The notes under the pieces: model-generated
Databases searched by the model: none
What the model saw: the letters and a program-made list of their open reading frames with translations, nothing else
Told to the model about the DNA's origin: nothing
From: Octopus sinensis
Lineage: Eukaryota
Length of the DNA stretch: 64,000 nt
Assembly (NCBI RefSeq): GCF_006345805.1
Contig: NW_021833708.1
Location: 9,209-73,208 of the forward strand
Reading direction: 5' to 3'
Shown here: positions 33,020-45,535 of the stretch, piece by piece
Layout: every line of letters starts with the position of its first letter
Numbering within the stretch: the stretch's first letter is position 1
Program-made: the position numbers and the translations under genes

Positions 33020-35740
33020 TAAGGTCTGTACCATCAAAAGAAGAAGTGCAGGGATTTTGGAATAAAATTTGGGCAGAAGAAAAAAACACAACGAAAGGGG
33101 CCCCTGGATTGATAGAATATCTACAGAACTGGACCCCTTAGAAGAGCAAAAGTGGGAGGGTGTCAAGGTAGAAGATATAAGATCTGCTCTCAGGAGGTCA
33201 AGCAAATGGAAGTCTCCAGGAAAGGATAAAATTCCTAACTTCTGGTTGAATGTCTTCCCAGAGAGCCATGAACTGCTAACAGAACTTTACAATGATGTTT
33301 TGCAACACCCTAGTAGGATGCCTCCTTTTTTTCATGGGTTAACATTCCTGCTTCCAAAAAGTGAAGAAACAAATGAACCAAAAAACTATAGACCCATAAC
33401 CTGCTTAACAACTATGTATAAAACGCTAACATCTGTCCTGACGGAATATACTTATAGTTTTTTAACAGACAGCAGCATATTCCCTAATGAACAGAAAGGA
33501 TGTAAACGTGGATCCTACGGCTGTAAAGATCAACTACTCATCAATAAGATGATCTTAGAAGATTGTCACAAACGACACAAAAACTTATCAATAGCCTGGA
33601 TAGGCTATAAAAAGGTTTTTGATAGCCTACCACATAGCTGGATTAGGAAATGCCTGGAAATGTATAAGATAGCACCTACTCTGCGAAACTTTTTGACTGT
33701 AAGTATGAGATCATGGAGAACCACACTAACTCTGGACAGTGACAATGAATCCCTAAATGCCTGTGATGTAAAAATTTCATGTGGCATTTTCCAGGGTGAC
33801 TCACTGTCACCACTCCTCTTTTGTTTAGCCTTAATACCTCTCTCAAAACTGCTCAACGACGCGCAGTACGGGTATAAAATGTTTGATAAAAATATAAATC
33901 ATTTCATTTACATGGATGATTTAAAGCTTTTTGCAAAAAATGATCAACAACTCAAGGGCATACTAGCGATAGTCAAACAATTCAGTGACGACATCAGAAT
34001 GCAATTCGGCCTCGATAAATGTGCAAAAGCTACCTTTATCAAAGGAAAAATGACAGAAACATCTAACGTTAACCTTGACCAGCAGAATGTCATAAAAGAA
34101 CTAGACCCAGCGGAGAGCTACAAGTACCTAGGGGTAATTGAAGGGAACAGAATAAGGCATTCAGAGATGAAGGAAAGGATCAGGAGAGAATGTTATCGAA
34201 GAGTGAGAGCAATACTCAAGACAGTGCTGAATGCAAGAAACAGGATCGAAGCGATCAATGCATTAGCCATACCAGTCGTGACTTACAGTTTCAATATCGT
34301 TAACTGGTCAATTACTGAAATATGTCAGCTCGACAGAAAAATACGAATACTGTTGACAATGCATAGAATGCACCACCCTAAGGCAGATACAGAACGACTT
34401 TATCTGCTTAGAAAAGAGGGAGGCCGTGGTCTTTTACAACTGGTAATAAGAATGAAGATTGCTACAATTGGCCTAGACACCTACCTGAAAAAGTCTGAGG
34501 ACTGGATGTTAAAACTTGTCTCAAAACATGAAAACAAGAAAGCATCATACTCAGTAACAAAACTGGCAAAGGAATATCTAAGTGAATTCCGAATACAACA
34601 AATTTCGGAATTAGAGATAGACATACAAGAAACAAGCACAGAAAAAGCTAGGCGCATGAAAACCCGTGCCAAAACTGCGGCCTTAGATATTCTGAATAAT
34701 AAATGGCAAGAAAAACCTCTCTATGGCAAACACCCAAAGAGAGCGAATAATGCAGATATTGACAAACCCCTGACCCATCAATGGCTAATGGCCTCTGGCT
34801 TAAAATCTGAAACAGAAGGGTTTATCATAGCAGCTCAAGATCAATGCCTACCAACAAGAAACTACCAGGCCAACATATTAAAGAACGGCAGTAGCCCAAC
34901 ATGTCGTGTATGCCGACAACAAAATGAAACCATTGATCATGTTGTCTCCAAATGCAGTCTTCTAGCGCCTACAGAGTACCTCAACAGGCATGATAGAGCT
35001 GCACAATATATTCACTGGGTAATTTGCAAAAACCTGGATTTGCCCCATGAAAAAAAACTGGTGGGAACACAATCCACCTCCAGTGCTTGAAAATGATCAC
35101 ATGTCACTCCTCTGGAACTTCACCATTCAAACTGACAGAAATATAGATGCAAATAGGCCAGACATCCTATTGAAAGACTTCAGACAAAGAACATGCCTCC
35201 TCATTGATATGACTGTCCCAATCGATATAAACGTATCTGTCAAGACCTACCAAAAACTGAGCAAATATAAAGATCTTGAAATAGAAATCAGCAAAATGTG
35301 GAACCTGAAGACTAAAACAATTACCTGTTGTCATAGGTGCCCTGGGAATGATAGCGAAAGGGGCTGACTGCTTCCTAACTCAGATACCAGGAAACCCCAA
35401 AATGGCAGAAATTCAAAAGATAGTGCTCATGGGAACTGCTCATATCCTACGCAAAATACTTTCTATGTAATCCCAAGGTTTAAAACAAACTTTTTTTTAA
35501 ATTTATGTATTAGACATTCACTAGTACAACACAACCCCCCCCCCCCAAATATATGGCACACTAGGCATAACAACAACGTGAACTTCCAACCTGTTGTCTC
35601 TTGAGGTCTCTGGGTGAGACTTGGAGCCAACTCGTACAAACATAAAGCAAAAGTCAAACATATAATAATAATAATAATAATAAAATAATAATAATAATAA
35701 TAATAATAGTAATAATAATAATAATAAAAACTACTGAATG

Positions 35741-35805
<65 letters not shown>
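33020..35805 (+). mobile_element. 5'-truncated Dong/R4-clade non-LTR retrotransposon (RT + CCHC + restriction-like endonuclease)
   Basis: 673-aa ORF with NYRPITCL, GIFQGDSLSPLLF, YMDD, CRVC..ETIDHVVSKC. Frameshifted continuation NRPDI..IDMTVP..K..KYKDLEIEI..W..IGALG ends at TAA 35468-35470, then 3' UTR and (TAA)n tail. Confidence 0.92.
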
Positions 35806-35807
<2 letters not shown>

Positions 35808-36304
35808 CGGTCGTTAATTATACAATAACCCAGTATATTTATATAGTTGTATGGATGTGAGGGTGAATGTGAGAACGGGAGGGAGAAAGAGAGTGAGTGT
35901 GTGTGTGTGTGTGTGCGGCCCGGTGTGTTTGTGCGTGTGTGTCTGTGAGTTAATTAATGTGTCTACCTCGCAGACACGCCGTACAAAATACTTAGCAGCA
36001 TTTTTTGTTCGTCTATGCGTTCTGAGTTCAAATTCCGCCGAGGTCGACTTCGCCTTTTATCCTTTCGGGGTCGATAAAATAAGTACCAGTTGAGAACTCC
36101 GGGGGTCGATGTAATCGACCTGCACCCTCCTCTAAAATTCCTGGTCTTGTGCCAAAATTTGAAATCAATATAGTGATTTCGTTAAACGCATTGATTACAT
36201 TACAGGAGTACAATAGCCATCTTGGGCTTTTTATTCCCACATTAAAAGTTTTCAACCCAACATTTGTTTCTGCTAGTGTATATTGCTTATTGTTTTTATG
36301 TCAA

Positions 36305-36843
36305 GCTATACACACACACATGCATACATACATACATACATACACACACACATGCATACATACATACATTCATACATACATACACATGCATACATACATA
36401 CATACACACATACATACATATATATATACATACATACATACACACACACACACATACATACATACATACATACATACATACACACACATGCATACATACA
36501 TACATACATACATACATACATACATACATACATACATACATACATGCATACATACATGCACGCACACATACATACATACATGCATGCATACATACATAGG
36601 TGCATACATACATACATACATGCACACATACATACATACATACATACATACATACATTCATACATACATAGATACATACAAACATACATACATACATACA
36701 TAAATACATACGTACATACATACCCTGTTGTTGATGGAAGGAGCCTTGCATCTAGGTTAGAAACCGGTTCTTTCTTTATTGGCAAGAAACCGTGAAATAA
36801 ACTGAATAATGACATACACACATATATAATACATACATACATT

Positions 36844-36875
<32 letters not shown>

Positions 36876-36985
36876 CATGCATACATACATACATACATAC
36901 ATGCATACATACATACATACATACATACATACATACATACATACATACATACATACATACATGCGTACATACATACATACATAAT
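36305..36985. repeat. (TACA)n microsatellite block
   Basis: Direct reading; source of the spurious HTYI/MYVC ORFs. Confidence 0.95.
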
Positions 36986-37149
36986 GAAATAAAAGGATTT
37001 CCTCAGTACTTTTTAGTAGAGTACATGTTTATGAAATTTTGTAAAGAAAAAGGTAGACAGTGACTTCGACGTATCGGACGATAGTTTGATGACTGCGAGC
37101 AGGCCGAACCTTTTGAAGTTACTGTGTTTTTTTCCTTGAAGTACCCCCC

Positions 37150-37243
<94 letters not shown>

Positions 37244-37649
37244 GATACTGTGCAAGCGCAGTACGAGCTACTACGTTAAAATTTTTGGTTCGCAACCACG
37301 AGGTCCCGGTTTCGATCCAACTGCATGGCATCTTTGATACATATAATTTTCTATGTAGACTGGCATTGGCCTATACCTTGTGAAGGAAATTTAATGGGAC
37401 AGGAACGGTAGAATGAGTGGACAAATGAAAGAAAAAAGGCACTCAACATATTTTGTAGGAGTTACTTGTATTATTAATTAAAGCAGTCTGTTTCGGCTCC
37501 ATGCAACATTGAGTTTCCTAGGATTCTTACAGAAACCTAGCTCGTTCAGACGAAGATTACAGAAATTGTTAACCTGAACCAGAACCAGCTAGGATTCTGT
37601 AAAAATTTTACGAAACTTTAAGTCGCATAAAATCGAATCAAACAGTTTT

Positions 37650-40600
37650 TAAAATAATAATAATGATAACAACAACAACAACAACAATAGTGGTTTCTTT
37701 ATTTGCCTCCAGAGCGAAGGATGAGGGAGACAATATAAAAACAAACATAAAGTGTTGGGGTTTGCATATAATGGGATAATAAAATAAAAAAGTATACTCG
37801 GTATACATTAGAAGGAGGAAAATATACATAGTATATGACACTAAAAAAAAGAGGGAAAAAGAGTCGTGACGAGATCGCCCTGATTCAGGAGGGCCTCTAG
37901 GGATAATCAGAGAACCCCCACCACCCAAGGTCACCCTGAGTAATAAGGACGAGACCCCACTCCAACTGCCTTTTTCCGACTCACGGGTCTATATTGAGAG
38001 GAGTACCATCCATCTTGCCATTATCGCAACTTTCACCCAACTTTTCATAAATTCACCCGAGAACAATACCTCCCTCTCCACCCTCACTTCCTTTCCAAGT
38101 GAAACTAGAAAATGTCGATGAGGGCTTTACCAAAGAGGAAAGTTTGTGTCCTCATTCCTTTCAACCTCGTCCTCCATATAACCTCTGATGCCACAGCCAC
38201 CAAACAAAGGAAAACTGCCTTGCCAGGCCGATTAAAGGACGCGTTCCAATGGTCAAGCGGTCGATCTTCTGCCAACTTCCTTTGCGTGGCGGCTTAGGAA
38301 TACCATAGATTTTAATGCGCAGCCAAACACTCAGGTTGCGCCACCTGCATCGATTTCTAGACGGTGAACGTGTGTGGGCTCCGTTTGTGAGACACGGCGG
38401 GGATTCATCATTATGGACTCGGACGACAGACGGATCTGACCTACACGCGACATAACTCCGCAAGTCAGCAATGTCCGGACACTGAAAGTCTGACAGCGCA
38501 TCTGTGCCTGTACAGTTTATCTTGAACTGGTAGCGCCCCCCCCCCCGTAGGCCAAAGACATCTGGAAATTATTCATAACAGTCCCCGACCGGACAGGCCT
38601 CCAGAATAGATTTGCCAGTGAGTCTTCGTCGACACCTGGGGCCACCCCGAGGAGGACGTCGTCGCATTTCCCCGCTACCAATCCTCTATAAATATTTAAA
38701 GTGGAACATCCACCGATCTTGTTGCCCGACTTGTTGAGGACAGTGAGCGCCTGACGATATTCTAAGTGCCAGGCACCCAGCCTCGGCCTATCCTTTACCC
38801 AGGACTGCAGCACTGTCAAGGAGACGAGCTGCAGAAAGGCGTGTCTCACAAACGGAGCCCACACACGTTCACCGTCTGGAAATCGCTGCAGGTGATGCAA
38901 CCTGAGTGCGTGGCTGCGCATTAAAATCTATGGTATGCCTAAGCCGCCACGCAAGGGAAGTTGGCAGAAGACCGACCGCTTGACCATTGGAACGCGTCCG
39001 TTCCACAAGAAAATAAACAGATACGCTCCAATCTAATCAAGCAGTACTGGGGAAAGGTACAACGGTCAGACGATAAATAATGACAGAGGCGACGTAGGCA
39101 TTCGTTAACTCTGCCTGACCTCTCAGGGACAACTTCCACTCTGTCCATTTCTGTGTAAGAGAGGTCACCCTGTTTGTTACCTCTTCCCAATTCTTATCCA
39201 TCTGGGAGCCGGGGCAAAACAACACCCCGAGCAGTTTCACTGGTCCGTCAGTCCAGCGCCCGACGGCATCGATCTATCTCTCCAGGTGCCCAATCGTAAT
39301 CCCACCGACTTGTCGGCATTGATTTCAGCCCTGCAATCACTCATATTCCTTCACAATGGAGCCGACCGTCTCCACTTCGGAGGTGTCCGACACCATGACG
39401 GTGATGTCTTCCGTTTATGCAGACACTGCCCTCCCGAGCCCAATTTGGAAAGGAAAGCCTCTTAGCTGTTCCAACTTCCGCAACAGTGACAGCCAGCACA
39501 TACAGAGGAGGTGGCAGCGGGCAGCCCTAACGGACCTAACATACGGTTCCGATAAGTGGCCATTTACTTTGACCACCGAGCAGGTACCGTTGTGAATTGC
39601 AGCAATCCAACCTCTGAAAACGGGTCCGAAACCGGCCGCTTTAAGGATGGCTTCCAAGTAGCGAAGGCTGCCAAACAAATCTAGCATGAAAACAGAATTC
39701 GTAGAACAACCATCCAAATTTCAGAGGGTTTTCGCACAATAACAGCGCCCGTCACCGAGAGCCGTGATATGCCGTCTAGGTACGAAGTAAATTTCACTGT
39801 CGTCGTCGGCCCATCATCCTCCCCAAACAGCCACGCAAAGTGCTGCTGAAAAGCCGCACATATCTGCTCAGAACCGAGTAGCACGCGTCCGTCCCGATCT
39901 GTGAAAGACTTGATCGTGTTTTTTTTTCCACGTCACGTCTCTACCGTTCGGGTTCATCGGACGGCTTTAGTTCCTTCGTGTTTTAACGCAGGGGCCTTAG
40001 CTCTGGCGACGCACCCTTTGTATTTCGCCTTAAAGAAATGGTGAAGGGCCATTCTCGCCGCTAACACGTCGGTCGCAATGCCTTTACTAGTAACCTCTTC
40101 TAATTTGCTAACTTGATTTCCCTCTCATCTATTTCTTTTTTTTTTTGGCTAAATCTTTGCTAAACGCTATCGATTCTACTCTAATCGCCCTCTTCAGAGC
40201 GATCCACCACCGGCTGTAGACATTTGCCCCCGTCAACTGCCGCTTAATTAGTTCGCTAATCCGATCCCTGTAGTCTTTACGAGCCGGTAAGGATGCATTC
40301 TACTTCCAGTAACCAGGTCCCTGTATACGGGTCCTATCTAAGTCAACTGCGCATATCACAAATTTGTGATCTGTGTAGCTGACCAATTTAAATTGTGGAC
40401 AACCTATGCTATCCCTTCCTCTGACCTAACAAATACTCTATCTAAATACGATCTCGATGACCTTTATGTCCACACTGGCACATCAGGGAAATCCAGTCGG
40501 TATATGCCAGAATGTTGGTAAGTGCTGAGTAGGTTTTCGAGGCTTTTATATCCCCTTCTACTATGTACTAATGCCACACAGTCCTTCCGTGCATCCAAAA

Positions 40601-41420
40601 TACTATTCCAGTCCCTCACTAGTACTAAAGTGCGCGACGTTCCCAAGAATGTTTCCAGACGTCTGAAGAAATCTGGCCTTCCAGCTCCTGTTGGGCATAA
40701 ATCGCCACTAGTCTAAAGGCACCACCTTCACTACCTTTCATGTCCAGGACCTCCAACCTACCATCCGGATCCAGGAAAATTTCCAGAGTAGTACTCTCGA
40801 TAGACCAGAAGATGAGAATACCTCGTAGTCTTCGAAAATAGATGCTAGAGCGTGTTTTCCGAAGATCCTTGTTTTACTAATGGCAGTCACATCAAATCAA
40901 GTGACCTGAGATCATTAAGCAAGTGACCTTGCTTCCAAGCCGATCCCATGCCACGCACATCCATACCCCCCATTCTCAGCACAGCCATGCTAGTAGGAGG
41001 AAGAAAGTGAGGAGGTTACTCACCTTGGTTTTCGAGGGGCTTTGATGGATAAAGTTCGTGCTGGAGTCTCGTGCACTTGTTTATGATTTAGCACTTGTGG
41101 TACTTGTAATGTTGGCTGTAGTGATACTTCATTTTTCTTTGTTTTAGGGCAGGAAACCTTTAAGCATTTTACAGATCCGCATTCATGGCGTCTTGGCTTC
41201 GACCCTCCAGGAACAGTGACAGGTGAGTACTATCCGGGAGATCGATTAGATCAGGTAACTGGTCGATATGGTCCTGCTTGCATTGCAAGATCAGTTCCAC
41301 ACCTATACCTAACTAGTTTTGCTTAGGTAGTTTCTTGACCTCCAGTATTGTGACTTCGTCTCCTTCTGAACCCGCCAAGACGGTCGCCACTCACCAGGAA
41401 ATGGATATTTCTGGCGGCAC
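37650..41420 (-). mobile_element. Degenerate Tx1/L1-clade LINE (ORF1 zinc knuckle, APE, RT, 3' UTR)
   Basis: Minus strand: EGR..RCHECGS..LKVSCP knuckle (~41200), LVLVRDWNSILD (APE), GFGPVFRGWI..VKVNGHLS..SVRQGCPLSP (RT), KLLGV, KLSLRG; many disablements. Confidence 0.8.
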
Positions 41421-41879
41421 ATTCAGTATCTGAATCTAGGAGATTAATAAAAAGTTGTGATTCTTCAAAGTGGTTGCGCAATTACATTTAGCTTCTTCTT
41501 CTTCCGTCCCAAATCTCACCTCAATGGTTCCAAGCTTCTTTCCTCGGCTGATGTGGGTCTTTTGTTCCCACACGCGCCCAAAACATTTTTCCTACCCGCC
41601 CAGACTTAACTCCGATGCAACAGTATGTGACCATACATCTTGCGATATTTTCTATCACGTTGGATGGAGGCTTTAGAGCTACCCTTCTTACATCTTTTTT
41701 TAACAAATTTTCTAGCAAATTTGAATTCTTCTTCATCTGTGGAAGCACTCCATAATTTTTGTCGCTGACGCAAAAGAAACAGGGGTGATAAACTTAGATA
41801 AACTTAGATATGTTTCGACCAAAGATTGGTCCAGGCTATGTCTAACTTAATAGCACCACCTGATAGGATTATTCGAATC

Positions 41880-42145
41880 CTGTTTAAGTCAAGTTTTGTT
41901 TAAGTCAAGTTTTGTTTAAGTCAAGTTTTGTTCAAGTAGTGAGTTCTTGTTGGGTGAGTTGTATCCAATTATGGGTGGCTTATCTGGTATTCTCTGAAGG
42001 AATCTATCCAGACTCTGTTTAAAGTTGATGGGATCCTTTTCCTCTTTGATCTCCCTCGGGACAATGTTAAATAGGGCAGGGCCTGTTGAGGAAAAGAAAT
42101 TATGTTGCAGTGTACATGTATGTTGTGATCTTGAATTGGGCAGGG
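41880..42145 (-). mobile_element. CR1-like LINE 3' end with 16-bp tandem tail
   Basis: FSSTGPALFNIVPREIK..FKQSLDRFLQRIPDKPPIIGY..NKNSLL; (tgtttaagtcaagttt)x3 at 41880-41935. Confidence 0.7.
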
Positions 42146-43024
42146 GACGTATGGCCTGCATTTTTATGTTTTATTTCTTTCGTATTTTTGTTGCTGCTGT
42201 TGTTGTTGTTGTTGTTACTACTGCTGCTGCCGCTGCTGCTGCTGTTACTGTTGTTCTCTTCGTCGACACCCACACCCTAAATGTTGACGTTGCTTAAATG
42301 CGAAACATTTTTCGCCCCGGTAACGTCGTTAAATTTAGGCCATTCCATGTTGATATTCTCATTTATTTCCATGGTCTCAATATTTTTCATGTAGCGAATT
42401 CCTTTATCGAACATTATGATGACTTCTTTATCAGCCATATTTAAAAATTGCAGAAAATTGTGACGGCGCAAGAGTGGCTGTGTGGTAAATAGCTTGCTAA
42501 TCAACCACATGGTTCCGGGTTCAGTCCCACTGCGTGGCGTCTTGGGCAAGTGTCTTCTGCTATAGCCCCGGGCCGACCAATGCCTTGTGAGTGGATTTGG
42601 TAGACTGAAACTGAAAGAAGCCTGTCGTATATATGTATATATATGTGTGTGTGTATGTGTTTGTGTCTGTGTTTGTCCCCCTAGCATTGCTTGACAACCG
42701 ATGCTGGTGTGTTTGCGTCCCCATTACTTAGCGGTTCGGCAAAAGAGACCGATAGAATAAGTACTGGCGGTGCTCCAGCATGGCCGCAGTCAAATGACTG
42801 AAACAAGTAAAAGAGTAAAAGAGTATACGTGTTTTTGCCGAAAGCAGTTAAAATTCAAAATTGCTTTATGCACACCCTATGCAAAACAGCGGGTATTTCT
42901 ACACAAAAACACTCTCTGCACAATCCAGACAATTTCTGAAATAACGGAAATGAAAAGATATAAAATGAGAAGGCCGAAAAGATTACAAATACGTCTTGAA
43001 CTTACTGAGCACCAACTTTCTGTG

Positions 43025-43863
43025 TGCCCTGATGCAGTACCAGGAAGTGGCTCTCATGGCTTCTGATCTTAACTGATTGGAAGTGTTATCATGTACATTG
43101 TTTTGTCTTGGTATAAAAGATGGGTTTTACAGCAAATATTCTGCTCAATACCACAGATTTGCTTGTCAGTTGTTTGACCTTAACCAGTTGAGCATGTCCC
43201 TTAGTGGCTGACGATATGTGCATCTCTGATCACGAGCAGAAGTAGTGAGGGAGCATCATAGCCATATGTTGAGAGGGATTCTTTGGGGTTTGAATGCCCT
43301 GATGCAGTACCAGGCAGTGGCTCTCATGGCTTCTGATCTTAACTGATTGGAAGTGTTATCATGTACATTGTTTTGTCTTGGTATAAAAGATGGGTTTTAC
43401 AGCAAATATTCTGCTCAATACCACAGATTTGCTTGTCAGTTGTTTGACCATAACCAGTTGAGCATGTCCCTTAGTGGCTGACGATATGTGCATCTCTGAT
43501 CACGAGCAGAAGTAGTGAGGGAGCATCATAGCCGTGTGATGAGAGGAATTCTTAGAGGTTTGGATAATTCACCTTTGGAAACATGGGTAGTTCGTTCAGC
43601 ATCCTTAATCCTTAGTTAGGGACTTTTTCAGTGGGATGGGCTACTTGACCTGAAGAAAATTCTAACTGGGTCCTACCTGCAAGGTCATGTGCTGTTTATC
43701 TTGATATGAGATCACCATGTCACGCACATATGGTTGTGATGCATGTGCCTGGTGTACCCTTATCAGACAGGTAGTCATGATGGGTATACTGGGCTTCGTA
43801 TCTTTTGCCCCTGTGTCACTTTGATGGCACGCACTGCTCTTTCACTGAATGATGATGATGATG

Positions 43864-43930
<67 letters not shown>

Positions 43931-44931
43931 TAATAATACTGCTCAATACCACAGATTTGCTTGTCAGTTGTTTGACTTTAAACAGTTGAGCATGTCCCTT
44001 GGTGGCTGACGATATGGGCATCTCTGATCACGAGCGGAAGTAGTGAGGGAGCATCATAGCCATATGTTGAGAGGGATTCTTTGGGGTTTGAATGCCCTGA
44101 TGCAGTACCAGACAGTGGCTCTCGTGGCTTCTGATCTTAACTGATTGGAAGTGTTATCATGTACATTGTTTTGTCTTGGTATAAAAGATGGGTTTTACAG
44201 CAAATATTCTGCTCAATACCACAGATTTGCTTGTCAGTTGTTTGACCATAACCAATTGAGCATGTCCCTTAGTGGCTGACGATATGTCTATCTTTGACCA
44301 CGAGCAGAAGTAGTGAGGGAGCATCATAGCCATATGTTGAGAGGGATTCTTTGGGGTTTGAATGCCCTGATGCAGTACCAGACAGTGGCTCTCATGGCTT
44401 CTGATCTTAACTGATTGGAAGTGTTATCATGTACATTGTTTTGTCTTGGTATAAAAGATGGGTTTTACAGCAAATATTCTGCTCAATACCACAGATTTGC
44501 TTGTCAGTTGTTTGACCATAACCAATTGAGCATGTCCCTTAGTGGCTGACGATATGTGCATCTCTGATCACGAGCAGAAGTAGTGAGGGAGCATCATAGC
44601 CGTGTGATGAGAGGAATTCTTAGAGGTTTGGATAATTCACCTTTGGAAACATGGGTAGTTCGTTCAGCATCCTTAATCCTTAGTTAGGGACTTTTTCAGT
44701 GGGATGGGCTACTTGACCAGAAGAAAATTCTAACTGGGTCCTACCTGCAAGGTCATGTGCTGTTTATCTTGATATGAGATCACCATGTCACGCACATATG
44801 GTTGTGATGCATGTGCCTGGTGTACCCTTATCAGACAGGTAGTCATGATGGGTATACTGGGCTTCGTATCTTTTGCCCCTGTGTCACTTTGATGGCACGC
44901 ACTGCTCTTTCACTGAATGATGATGATGATG

Positions 44932-45001
<70 letters not shown>

Positions 45002-45454
45002 TAATAATACTGCTCAATACCACAGATTTGCTTGTCAGTTGTTTGACTTTAAACAGTTGAGCATGTCCCTTGGTGGCTGACGATATGGGCATCTCTGATC
45101 ACGAGCGGAAGTAGTGGGGGAGCATCATAGCCATGTGTTGAGAGGGATTGTTTGGGGTTTGAATTGTTCACCTTTGGAAAAATGGATGATTCTTTCAACA
45201 TCCTTAAACAACCCTTATTCAGGGACCTTTTGAGTGGGATGGGATACTCAACCTGAAGAAAATTCTAACTGGGCCCTACCTGCAAGGTCATGTGCTGTTT
45301 ATCTTGATATGAGATCACCATGTCGCGCACATATGGTTGTGATGCATGTGCCTGGTGTACCCTTATCAGGCGGGTAGTCATGATGGGTATACTGGGCTTC
45401 GTATCTTTTGCTCCTGTGACACTTTGATGGCACGCACTGCTCTTTCACTGAATG

Positions 45455-45523
<69 letters not shown>

Positions 45524-45535
45524 TAATAATAATAT
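43025..45535 (+). repeat. Higher-order tandem array of a ~640-bp (TAA)n-tailed retroposon-like element
   Basis: 270-bp subunit starts at 43025, 43295, 44093 and 44363; 1068-bp period; (TAA)n tracts at ~43862-43937, ~44931-45008, ~45457-45530. Confidence 0.9.

Noticed and set aside
36149-36978. 150-220 aa HTYI/MYVC ORFs
   Set aside because: Artefacts of (TACA)n repeats; the same applies to YLSI ORFs at 48700-49930 and YI-rich ORFs at 59300-61575.
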